Shown here one piece after another: positions 12,423-24,155 of a stretch of DNA of 64,000 nt. A model generated the notes under the pieces. The model saw only the letters and a program-made list of their open reading frames with translations. It ran no database searches and was not told where the DNA came from. This stretch comes from Octopus bimaculoides (taxonomy: Eukaryota): assembly GCF_001194135.2 (NCBI RefSeq), contig NC_068991.1, forward strand, positions 59,923,528 to 59,987,527, given 5' to 3'. Made by a program: the position numbers and the translations under genes. Within the stretch, counting starts at the first letter, position 1; the number at the start of each line of letters is the position of its first letter.

Positions 12423-12954
12423 TATATATATGGCAGGCTTCTTTCAGTTTCTTTCTACCAAATCCACTCGCAAGGCTTTGGTCAGCTGAGGCTGTATTAG
12501 AAGACACTTGCTCAAGGTGCCACACAGTGGGACTGAACTGAGAACCTTGAGGTTGGGAAGCAAGCTTCAAGACTTTGACATTTTCTAGTTAATTAGCTTT
12601 TAATTTAATTTTTTGTTTACTTTTGGGCGTATGTATTCTATTATAGCCCCAGGCAGAGCAATGCTTTTTGAGTGAATCTGATAAACAGAAACTCTGTGTG
12701 TGTGTACCCATCTTTGTATCTGTGTATGTATGCTCCCCACGCAGTACTTGATAACTGGTGTTGGTTTGTTTATGTTCCTGTTACTTAATGGTGGTTCCGC
12801 ACAAAAGACCAATAGGATAAATATTAAATTTGAAAAATAAGCAATGGGTTTAATCTGTGTGATTGAAATCCTTCAAGGTAGTGTCCCAGTATGGTGACAA
12901 TTTTGTGACTGAAACAAGTAAAAAACAAAAAAAGTATTCATTGTAGCAGGTTAA

Positions 12955-13684
12955 CCCTTTTAATACCAACTCGCCTGAAACCACCTCTGGCTCTGTAGTA
13001 CAAATGTCTTGTTTACCAAAGTTCTGAATTAGAATATTCCACCAAACCTAAGTCACAATTTATGTTCCTAACATTAGCTTAATGATAACTAATTCATTTT
13101 ACTAAATCTGTTGTTATATTTAAAATTAATTAATAGAAAGGCGCAGGAGTGGCTGTGTAGTAAGTAGCTTGCTTACCAACCACATGGTTCCGGGTGCAGT
13201 CCCACTGCGTGGCACTTTGGGCAAGTGTCTTCTATTATAGCCTCGGGCCGACCAAAGCATTGTGAGTGGATTTGGTAGATGGAAACTGAAAGAAGCCCGT
13301 CGTATATATGTATATGTATGTATGTCTGTGTTTGCCCCCCCCCCCCCANNNNNNNNNNNNNNNNNNNNNNNNNNNNNNNNNNNNNNNNNNNNNNNNNNNN
13401 NNNNNNNNNNNNNNNNNNNNNNNNNNNNNNNNNNNNNNNNNNNNNNNNNNNNNNNNNNNAACATCGCATGACAACCGATGCTGGTGTGTTTACGTCCTCG
13501 TAACTTAGCGGTTCGGCAAAAGACACCGATAGAATAAGTACTAGGCTTACAAAGAATAAGTCCTGGGGTCGATTTGCTCGACTAAAGGCGGTGTTCCAAC
13601 ATTGTTGCAGTCAATTGACTGAAACAAGTAAAAGAGTAAAAGAGAAACACAAAGCATCTCAACAGAAACATGGTAATAAAGGGG
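12955..13684. mobile_element. piggyBac-like MITE (second family) interrupted by a SINE
   Basis: TTAA|cccttttaatacca ... tggtaataaagggg|TTAA. Related pieces near 19660-19815, 56580-56730 and 58240-58390. Confidence 0.65.
13140..13644 (+). mobile_element. Young family-A SINE (full length; N gap after a poly-C tract)
   Basis: tRNA-like head ggcgcaggagtggctgtgtagtaagtagcttgc...ggttccgggtgcagtccc, many intact CpGs, and tail ...gactgaaacaagtaaaagagtaaaagag. Confidence 0.8.
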
Positions 13685-13829
13685 TTAATTTATTGATAGG
13701 GAGTTAACTTTTTTCCCTTCTCTCCAATACCTCTTTCTCTTAGTCTTTCACTCCATCTCTACCTATCTCTTTCATGTGCATACAATTTCAGCATTCATTT
13801 TAACTGGAGCTTCTATATAACTTCAGTTA

Positions 13830-14120
13830 GTGCTGTGTGAATGAGTAAGAGTTGTATCTTGATGTTTATATATAGATATATAACTTGTTAAACTCCCTCA
13901 CTCTTCTTAGCCTTGACTTTTGAAGTTTTCTCCTTCTCTGTGATACTAAACTTACACACAACTGCCAGTTCTCTCCTCCCCACACCCCCTGTTCAGATTG
14001 TAAGTCAACCATCAGCGCTACATTCCAAACAGCCTGCTACACACCTTAATTTCAGCATTTCTTATTGCCAGAGGCCACAGTAAAACACACTTGAGAATAG
14101 GGAACTTACACCTACAAATG
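13830..14120 (+). mobile_element. Possible very old Penelope-like RT relic
   Basis: Only patchy similarity (LALTFEVFSFSV; HQRYIPNS; SISYCQR) to recalled Penelope RT-thumb motifs, with many disruptions. Confidence 0.3.
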
Positions 14121-14933
14121 GCAATGTTGATTTACTTAGAAAAAACATAGACAACTGTTCTACATCTACCATCTAGATCAGTACCTTTCAAACCTTTTCA
14201 ACTATCACCCCTATCTTTTACTAACACTTTTTCAATGCCCCCTTTGCTATAATCTATCAAAATTAAATATACCACATGTATATATCCATATGTATGCACA
14301 CAAAGACCAGATGCTTAACACTGCAGGTGCAGTGGCCATCTGTATTGCAGGGAAACATCCACAAATGTTGACATCTTTTAAATTATATTTTCATTTATTG
14401 TTTATAATTTATATGCAGGCACAAGCATGACTGTGGTTAAGAAGCTAGTTTTGCAACCACATGGTTTTGGGTTCAGTTCCACTGTGCTACTGCACTATAA
14501 CCCAGCACTGACCAGTACCTTGTGAGTGATTTTGGTAGAGAGAAACTGTGTGGAAGCCTGTCATGTGCATGCATGTATGTGTCTGTATTTGTGTTTGTTC
14601 TCACCCCACCACTGACAGCCAATTCTGGTTTGTTTATGTCTCTGTAGCCTAGCAGTTTGGCAAAATGAGACTGATAGAATAAGTGCCAGAGTATTGGGGT
14701 CTCATGTGAATAAGTAAAGAAACAAAACTGAATATATACTACTTATGCATTTTTCTTTTTTACTTGTTGCAGTTACTGGATTTGTAGGCAGGCTGGGGTC
14801 ACCACCCTGAAGGGTTTGGGGTGAACAAATTGACCCTTGTACTTACTTTTTAAGCTTGATACTTATTCTGTTAGGCTCTTTTACTGAACAGGAACAAATC
14901 AATACTAGATGTCAAGTGACACACACACACACC

Positions 14934-15143
14934 TTATTTGTGGGTTAAGAAGACTACCATTTGTTTCATGCTAATTCTTCTCAGCAATTATCAAGCCTGC
15001 CACTTGGGACATTGGTACTCGTTTCCGTCTTGTATCCTCTTCCTAGAAAGATACAAGTACCAATATCCTATGTGGTAGGCTTGGTAATCATTGACAATTC
15101 TCTTGGCATGAAACTAATGGTAACCTTGTTAATCCATAAATAA
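14934..15143. repeat. About 210-bp foldback inverted repeat (arms about 95 bp)
   Basis: The left arm ttatttgtgggttaagaagactaccatttgtttcatgc...caagcctgccacttgggacattggtac is complementary to gtaccaatatcctatgtggtaggcttg...gcatgaaactaatggtaaccttgttaatccataaataa. Confidence 0.85.
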
Positions 15144-15145
15144 AA

Positions 15146-15230
15146 TACAGGGTGGGCCAAAAGTCACGCAAAATTAGTTCAATACACTCCTGAATTGTCA
15201 AAGATATGCTTCAATTTTTCTAAAATTGTT
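15146..15230. mobile_element. Tc1/mariner-like terminal fragment
   Basis: TA followed by cagggtgggccaaaagtcac, typical of Tc1/mariner TIRs; the other end was not found. Confidence 0.4.
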
Positions 15231-15246
15231 CCTAACACTACACTGT

Positions 15247-15400
15247 TGGAGTGGTTGGCGTTAGGAAGGGCATCCAGCTGTAGAAACTCTACCAAATCAG
15301 ATTGGAGCCTGGTGTAGCCATCTGGTTCACCAGTCCTCAGTCAAATCGTCCAACCCATGCTAGCATGGAAAGCAGACATTAAATGATGATGATGATGATG
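15247..15400 (+). mobile_element. RTE-type 3' tail with (GAT)n end (family B; dozens of copies in both orientations)
   Basis: ggagtggttggcgttaggaagggcatccagctgtagaaac...ccaacccatgctagcatggaaagcagacattaaatgatgatgatg. A near-identical reverse complement lies at 63861-64000. Confidence 0.75.
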
Positions 15401-16352
15401 AATAAAATAAATAAAATAATGATGAATACATACATACTTGTACATGAACAAAATGAATAACAATAATAATAAAGTAATATAAATAAAATGTCGCCTGTAA
15501 AGACATGTCTGGTCATGTAGAAATATTACCTTACTTGGAAATAGGTGGGGTTTGACAACAGGAAGGACATCCAACTGTAGAAAATCCTCCTCAACAAATT
15601 CCATCTCAGCCATGTAAGCATGGAAAAGTGGATGTTGAAACAATGATGTTGATGTTGGTCTCTATTGGAAATGTAGTGTGTATATGTGTGTTAGGTTGAA
15701 GCTTCTTGCATGACTTTTCCATTTTTTGTGTAGCAGAACCCTTATGTCAACAGGTGCAGCAGGTTATATAAGGAACAGTTAGGGAGGCCTTTGTTTGTCT
15801 GAAGATAGTTGCTATTATTTCTCACTGACTGCTACGAGCAAAGGGCATTATTGGCTCTTTTATGTCTTACCATTTCTGCCTATCTTCTTACTTTCATCCT
15901 AACTTATGTCAACACAACCATAATCATTCTTAACCATTATTGTCGTTGTCTTCATTATTATCACCACCACTACCATCATCATTGCCATTACCATTATATC
16001 TGTCTTGTATGTTTTCGTACTATTAGTGTTTTAGTTTCCTTTGTACAATTAAACATAATTAATTATTATTGATGCATTTTAATTACAAGAGGAAACATAC
16101 ATTACAATTAAATGACTAATGCAAAAAAAAAAAGGAATTTTTGATGAATTCTCTTAAAATAATTGGTAAAACTTTTTAAATTAGTGTTTTTTAATGTTTA
16201 TAAAAAGAAAATTGTAATCCTTAAATTGTAATCCTTAAAACTTAATTCTACTATTTTATTGAAAGATTATAATTATGTGTATTTTTGTTTCTTTCAGCAG
16301 GCATTTGCTATGCTTTCTGACCTAAAGCAGAATCTGTTGCACCAAACTAAAC

Positions 16353-19260
16353 ATGGGGGCGAGAGACCAAAGCACTAGGAAAAGTCAGAGAAAAGTACGG
16401 AGATCCATTGAAGTGACGTCTCCCCCCAAAAGGAAGAATGACATTCGGATAGCAAGCAACAGAAAGAAGCAAGAACAATCAGACCAAGTAAAGGCAAGCA
16501 AGAAAGACAATGAAGAAGATAAACGAAAGAATGGCAATATCAAGTTGCAGAAGTTTCCAGTTAGATCTCGCAGACGTAAGGCAGATGCAGGTGCAGAGGA
16601 ACAGAGTCCCCCCAGTGAGGGGTGTAGATCTGCATTTGCCAAGAGAGCCAGGCTTTCAGTGTCAGTTGAAGGAAAAGTAAAAGATAGTAAACCAAACAAA
16701 CTCAATAGAACTGCTAAAGGCTGTGCTAAGGAATCTCCTGCATATAAAAATAAACAGAATAGTAAAGTAGGTAAAGACGTTAAGGAATCCAAAATAGTGT
16801 TGTGTAATAATTTATCTGTATCGTTAGAACAGTCTGTATTTAAAGAAAGTGAAAGCAAAAAATCTACGAGACATCTGAGAGGAGTTAAACAAAGCCGAGC
16901 AACAAAAATGGTTAGAACATTACCAGTAACAAGAAAGAGTAGTGCTGAGGCGAAAGCTTCGAAAGTAATCAAAAAGCCTAAGAGAAATGCTACAAAGGTA
17001 AAGAAAGACCTGAAAGAAAGCAAAAACTCCAAAGAAAATAAGGAACCTAATCTTAGTCAAGAGACAAGTAGTGCTGTCAATCACAACGAAGTCATGACTC
17101 AGTTACAAAGTACAAGTTTAACAAGTTCAACAGATGTGAAGTCTCCACAAAAAGCAAAGACTGTTTCAATCAGAAAGACCAAACTTCAGAGAGATTCGAC
17201 AAAGAAACAATCAAAGGACATCTTTAAAAAACCTAAAGATGTTGATGGCAGTTTCAAACCTGTACTAGAAAGTAAGATAGCTAACGCCAATAAGGAAATT
17301 CTTAATAATGGTAAGGATGATGAAAGTTCTTCTGACAAGGATTTAGATGAAGTAATACATATTCCAGTCAAGCCTGTTCTAATTAATAACAATAGTGATA
17401 GTTCAGAAAAGACTGTTCTATGTAAGTTACCCATAAAAAAAGAAGATATCTCTGCAAATAGCAAAATAAAATCTCCAACTCAAAACCTTTCTAACAAAAG
17501 TACTTTTCAAAATACAAAAGCTGATCTTGCCAAGAATATCTCCACCATGCCGAAACCTAAGGGAAAAAGGACCTCCAAAACTCTGAAATCTGAAAAGCCT
17601 TGTAAAATGGTGAAAAAAACAGACGATAATAAGATTTCTGATGGAGCTAGTGAGATGATGAAAGTGATAGAAATCATCAAAGCAGAGGTGATGGAATCAA
17701 TTGTAAATGATAAGAAACTAGAAAAGAGTCGTAAGGATGATCTTGCAGGGAAAGTCTCCAGTCAATGTAATAATTGTAAACGAGACTTTTGTAACAAAAG
17801 TTCTTTAACAAGACATATGAAAAAGTGCATGATTGTTGCTCAAGATCCACTTTTAAATAATATAGGTAACAAAGTAGAAAATGGAAGCACTAAGGAGTTA
17901 TCTAGCAAAACTATTTCAGAAGAAAGTGCAAATGTTACTAAAAGCCAAAATAATTCAACTAATATCTCAAACTTACCTTTGTCTGGCAGTCTAGAACACG
18001 TGTTAGAAATAGTTCCAACTACAGAGACGAAAAATGTAAAAACTGCTAAACAACCATTAGAAGCTAGTACGGAAATGTTAAAGGTACCATTACATGCTAC
18101 TAACTCTATCAACAATGATAGTGTGATAACAAAGGCATTTAATGCATCTGTTTCACTTGGTTCCATGACAGAAATGTCAGATATTTACAAAGAGACTACA
18201 GTTCAAACAGCTGCTGTTACTGTTGCCAATTCCATTGAACCCCTTAGCTCTGATACTCAGCTGAATGCTAACGTTAATGAAAATCATGCTGCAGTTGAAG
18301 AAGTGGACTTCACAAGTAAAATCTGTGATGAACCAGAAAAAAAATGTGCCAAGGAACAGGTAGGACAAGACAGTGACCTTTACAAAGCAGCAAATATAGA
18401 TGCTGCCACTGCTGCTGTTGTAGCAGCTGTTGTTGCCAAAATAGGAATGGAAAATGGCACAGCTATATCGGTTGTAAAGCCAAAGCCCCATTTCTGTGAA
18501 CATTGTGACTTTAAAACGGGGAAGCATTCTTTGCTAGCACGCCATGTGGAAACCCACGGCATCTTCATGTGTCTAAAGTGTAGGTTTGTTGGGGAAAACA
18601 AAGAAAACTGTGATGCTCACATGCGTGAATCCCATAAGAAGAAACGCAGTGCTAAACTTTGCAGGCAGTGCCGTAAATATATTGATACAGATGTAGTTTC
18701 AATGGAGAAACACAAGGAAGAATGCAGTATACGTATCTTAAACTGCAAAGAATGTAACAAGGTGTTTCGCTATGAATCATCGTTGAAAGTCCACATGGCA
18801 ACCCACTACCCAGAACTGCCAAAACGATTCCATTGTATGGAATGTAGCTATCAATCTAATTACAAAGCAAACCTACAGAAGCACATGAAGAGTATCCATG
18901 AGTTTCGGGAAAAAAATGTGAAATGCTGTATCTGTGAAAAAATGTTTTTCTCTGAAGATAGTATGAAACGCCACCTAAAGGTCCATTCTGATGACAGACC
19001 TCATAAGTGTGACTTGTGTGGAAAGGCATTCAAGACTTTACCTGCTCTCAAGACTCACAGAGATGTCCATGAACCATCTCGGCCATTTCTCTGTGAGGTG
19101 CAAGGTTGTACAAAGGATTTTCGGACTGCACGTTTATTAAAAAACCATCGTGAAGAATACCACCAGCTGTCTCCGAAAAAATATCATTGTTCTAAAGAAG
19201 GCTGTCGCTTTTCTTTCTTCAAGCGAAGTCACTTAAGACGACATGAGATAACTCATACAG
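16353..19260 (+). CDS. Giant C2H2 zinc-finger protein (ZFP91/ZNF692/ZNF653-like terminal fingers), coding exon 1: K/R-rich N-terminus, one isolated C2HC finger and nine clustered fingers
   Basis: 2908-nt open frame. Acceptor tttcag/cag at 16297/16300, in-frame stop at 16323, ATG in aacATGg context. Fingers include CKECNKVFRYESSLKVHMATH and CDLCGKAFKTLPALKTHRDVH. Donor actcatacag|gtaaga, phase 1. Confidence 0.9.
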
Positions 19261-21167
19261 GTAAGATGTCCTTCTGTAATTATTCACTGAATATGTTTGT
19301 TTCTATTTTTTCCCTATAATAAACAAGAGGTGGGATCATAATGTATTGTGGTGTTTTTTTGAGTGGAATACTTACACAATTGCAGTATGTTTCTTCAGTA
19401 ATATTTTAGCTGATGTAGGATCATCAGACACCAGCAAGTGATTTTGTGAGAGAAAGTCTAATACAGTGTGTGTGTGCACACACACACACACACACACACA
19501 CACTCTCTCCTGATCCTCTCATCTCTCACTGAAAAAACACAAATGCATGTATATACACTCACACATGCACAAGCACACACATACATACATTATATAAATA
19601 CAGCCCCAATTTTAGCATCACATATACAAGAAATCAAGTTTGTAGAGCATTAATACTTTTGTTACCATATTTCTATTAAATTTGTCATTATGGTCTTTCG
19701 AACATAAATTAACATGGAATTTTCATGGATAGTTTTAATTTATATTACTTTAAACATGAAGTTTATATCATAGAACCAGAGGTGGTCTCAGGCAGGTTGG
19801 CATCAAAAGGGTTAAAGCATCTAATATAAGCACAACTTCACATAAAACCTGGGGTGATCTTTTTTATTTTTCTGGGTAAAGTGTATCCAGTATGCCATTA
19901 AATACAGTGTATATATATATATTTGTCTGTGGGTAAAGTTCAGACATGGCTAGGTCACAGCTATGATGGTGTGGTTAAGAAGTTTGCTTCACGATCATGT
20001 GGTTTTAGGATCAGTCCCACTGCATGGCACCTTGGGCTAGTATCATCTACTATAGCCACTGGTCGGCCAAAGCCTTGTGAGAGGATTTGGGGGACAGAAA
20101 CTGATAGAAGCTTATGTACGTATATGTATGTATATGAGGTGGAGTATGTGTGTGTTTGTGTCTCCTCATCCTCACATCGCATAGTAGTTGTAAACAAGTG
20201 TCACCATCATACAAGCAGTGTCATTTGTTTCTAATCTTCCATGAAAACATGAAAAATCTTACCTTGCTTGGAAAGCAACAGGAAAAGTTATCCAGCTGTA
20301 GAAAATTTGTCCCAACAAATTCTGACTGATCTTTGCACCCTGGAAAAGTGGACATTGACCTTTTAGCATTTGGATTACTTTGTCAAATGTGATTCTTATT
20401 TATTCACTTTGTTTTGAATTAATCATGCATTATCTTGGAGCTTTGAAAGTTTGATGACCTATTAGTTTATTTTTAGAATAACATTGTAGATAGGCATGAG
20501 AAGCTAAACCTGGTAGGTTTAAATATAAAATAGGTAGAATATTTGGGCTGAATATTCTACCTGTTTTATGTAACTGACCATCTAGCTGTCATCATCATCA
20601 CTGTTCAATGTCCGTTTTTCATGCTGGCATGGGTTGGACGGTTTGACGGGCTGGCTCGGCAAGAAGACTGCACCAAGCTTCACTGTTTGTTTTGGCAGAG
20701 TTTTTACGGTTGAATGCCCTTCCTAACACCAACCACCTTACAGAGTGGACTGAGTGCTTTTTACGTGACACCAGCACTGGTGAGGTCTGTTTTACAATGG
20801 TGTTTACAGCTGGATGTGGACTGGATGCACCAGCACTGGCGGAATCACGAAGCAACTTCCAAGACATAGATCCTTTGAGAAGTGGTGAGGCATTGGAAGG
20901 GCCCAAATATTTTACCTGTTTTATGTTCAAACCTGCCAGATCCAGCTTCTCACAAGTGATGATGATGATGATGGTAATACATACTACAGATATCTTTTGT
21001 TGTAATGCTAAATGTATCTGCAAATCGCAAAAAGTACCCAATACTTTTGATGGTAGAATCTATTAGTAGTTTTGTTTCAATTAGTTCTAACTTGTAAGAT
21101 GTTTTGTCTGAAAATCAGTACAGCTGTACCCACTCTCTTCATGGCATAAAATGTAAACTGCATCACA

Positions 21168-21247
21168 ATTTATACTCTGAAGAGTCTGGATACAGTTGTG
21201 CTGATCTCCAGAGGAAACCTTTTAGCAAGCTGTAAGTAACTAATAAT
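21168..21247 (+). ncRNA. Decayed hammerhead ribozyme relic in the ZNF intron
   Basis: CUGAAGA at 21177-83; 6-bp stem II UCUGGA/UCCAGA; GAAAC at 21214-18; imperfect stem III ending in GUA (21236-38). Stem I pairs poorly (6/9). Confidence 0.45.
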
Positions 21248-21309
21248 ACCCCACCTCCAACACGCACACAAACACAATATGCAAATACACACATACACAC
21301 AACACACAT

Positions 21310-21425
21310 GTATGACAAAACTCAAGTGCAACCCATGTTAGAATAACTGCCATACACCTATGATAGTGCTTATTGCTACTACTCAGACACAGACATCCTA
21401 GACTGCATCCAGAAGAATACCATTT
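21310..21425 (+). mobile_element. Short CR1/Jockey-like LINE relic
   Basis: Translates to KTQVQPMLE...TDILDCIQKNTI; similar to the minus-strand relic at 49660-50190. Confidence 0.4.
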
Positions 21426-22584
21426 AGTTGTTTTGATTGAAGGAGGTAAAGATTAGCACTGTTAAACTACGGGGCTTTGATGCTTGAGTAGCATTGCTGG
21501 TATGAAGTGGTAGAATATTAAGCTTGTAAACATTTTTTATTCAGGGGACATAATCAGTACTGGTATTATCGCCAGGCCCAGCATAATTATCAGACTTAAT
21601 ATCTGTTACTTGTAATAACAATTCCTTGTATATTTTTTTAAGTGGGAGGAGACATGAGATTATTTGAGACTTATGATTTTTTTTTTTTTTTTACAAACTA
21701 TTATTATTAGTATTGTTGTATCATCAAAATATTGGATGTTTGGATTTGCTTGTCAAATTTTTTAAATATTTTTCTTGAACCCTACAATTCACAAGGCAGG
21801 TTACCCAGTTTCCATGATACATAAATGAACCAAAATCACAGCATTCACCTTGAACAGGATGTCAGACTATTGCAGTGTTTAAGGCCAGCAATTTTGATGG
21901 GGAGAGGACAAGACAATGACATCGACCCCTTTCCCATACTACACTGGTACCTTATTTTATCAATCCCAAAGGGATGAAGAAGGGCAAAGCTGCCCTCATT
22001 GAGATTTGAATTCAGAACATAAAGAACCAATATCAAATACTGTTAAGCATTTTGTCTGGTGTGCTAATAATTCTACCTGCTTGCTACCTTATGTCAAATG
22101 CCTATCCAGGAAACCCCCCCCCAAAAAAAAAATCCTGCCCATCTCCTCTCCCATGGGCCTCTCTTAATTACAGGTGAAGGATTTTTTAAGGAGTTGGATA
22201 AAAAATTCTTTTTTCCTATCAGAATACAATGAATTCATTGCAAGTGAGAGGTATCAACTATCTTAGATTATTTAGCATAAGTGAAATGAAATGATGATTG
22301 CTTGCTCTCTCTGTATTGGTTTCAAATTTTGGCACAAGGCCAGCAAGTTAGGGTAGGAGTAAATCGATTACACTGACCCATGTGTTCCACTGGTGCTTAT
22401 TTTATAGACCCCTGAAAGGATGAAAGGCAAAGTTGGTCTTAGTAGAACTTGAACTCAGAACATAAAAGTCAGATGAAATGCTGCTAAGCATTTTTCCCAG
22501 CATGCTAACGATTCTGCTGCCTCACCCTGCTGTCTATATATTCATGTGCGACCTACTTGTTATACAGAGCACTGTGTAGAACAT

Positions 22585-24155
22585 TAGGGTGGAGCGAAAA
22601 ATGCCACTTTCGAAATTGGTAACCAAGAATCAATATTTTGTTGCAAATTAGGATTAAAAGAAAGGTGTATAAAGAATTTTGCGGTTAAATATTCTTTATA
22701 GGCTCCACAACTCAATTGAAAATTTTAAAAATTGCTTTTTTGGTTGAATTTTGGATTTCATGGATTATAAGTTGTAACTGATACATTATTCTGAATAGCA
22801 GAATGTGAAACAGTAAATATAGTATCCTTAGGAGGTTGCCTACTAAATTTCAATACAATTGACTAATATCTTGAATTTCCACATTGACTACAAAGAGAAT
22901 GAGAGTGTAAACTTCTCTCCAGTGCTGCTATGGATGTACGTCAAATGTGTGTGACATATTCTGCTTTGTACCTTGACTTTATGCTATTCTATTAAAATTG
23001 ATGATCATGTTAAATTTAGTGTTGTTTACATTTAGTGATGACCCATAAGCCAGTAATGTGCCAAGATATTAAATGCCCAATATTTGGTGCTTCATGTGAT
23101 CTTTTGCCAACTCACAAGGACATTCTAAAATGTGTTTTATTTGAACGAGAAAAACAAAAGAATGTAGTTAAGAAAGATCCTTCAATTAAGCAAATTGTCA
23201 AAATTGTAGCAGAAAAGATAAATCATTTTTAGCAAAAGGCATCTGTTCCTTGTCTTACGATTGAGTCAGTTAAGCCAAAAATCTTAAACTTTTATATAAA
23301 GTACCAAGCATTACTAAAATCTCTGAAAAATAGAAAAAATGTACTATCGTTTCAAACAAAGTATAATGTGTTTAAAAACAGTGCAACAAAAGATTTATTT
23401 GACATTTCCTGTTGCAAGTGCAACACCTTTAAAAACTGCAGTTGTAGTAGAGACAAAAATGTACCACAGAAAGAACAAGATTTTTTACAGGATCAATGGA
23501 CAAATAGAAAAATGACCATTGGTGGAATAGATCAAGCAGTATATAAACAGAATGTTCAGAGGATGATTAGAAAGGATCGGCCAGATCAGTCATCCTTCTA
23601 CATCAGCAAAGGAAAGTTTAAGATTTTCGGTTTAACTGACTCAATCGTAACACAAGAGATGGATGCCTTTTGCCAAAGAAAAATTATCTTTTCTGCTATG
23701 AACTTGACAATTTGTTTAATTTATTTTAATGTCTATGTAATCTAGACCTCATGTAACACATATATTTGGTTACCTGATATTAAAAATAATAAAGAAAACA
23801 AAGTCGAAAAGTCTACTTATTCCACATAATTTCGAAATTTCATGTGTGTTGCGGAGCCTGAAGATATAAATTTTAGAGCTTGAGATTTAAACATTTATTT
23901 TTAAAGGATTTCACAAAAGAAAATCAATTTGTAACAACGAATGTAAAAAATAAAATGAGGAATGGCAACTGTGTTATAAATTGATTTTTTGCTCATTATT
24001 CAAAATTTTAAGTGGGCTGCAGAGCCTGAAGATGTAAATTTAAGAACTTCAGATTTTAACACAGTTGTTTTTAAAGGATTTCACAATAAAAAATATATTC
24101 TTGAAAACATATTTCAAAAATCTGTGTAAAAAGTATCTTTTTTCACCCCACCCTA
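22585..24155 (+). mobile_element. Internally deleted hAT-like (possibly hATm-group) DNA transposon with a transposase N-terminal relic
   Basis: TIRs tagggtggagcgaaaaatgccacttt / aaaagtatcttttttcaccccacccta. Degenerate TSD (g)tagaacat / gtatacat. Subterminal repeats gagcctgaagat.taaattt at about 23855 and 24023. Relic ORF 23035-23745 (one stop) includes LFDISCCKC...CSCSRDKNVP..EQDFLQDQ..RKMTIGGID. Confidence 0.75.

Noticed and set aside
13140-13215. tRNA-like sequence at SINE heads (also 60182 and 41729)
   Set aside because: A/B-box remnants without a closable cloverleaf, followed by SINE bodies; not tRNA genes.
16385-18601. Minus-strand ORFs of 73-215 aa over ZNF exon 1 (and similar ones over exon 2)
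   Set aside because: Antisense shadows of a long biased coding frame; no motifs or splice support.
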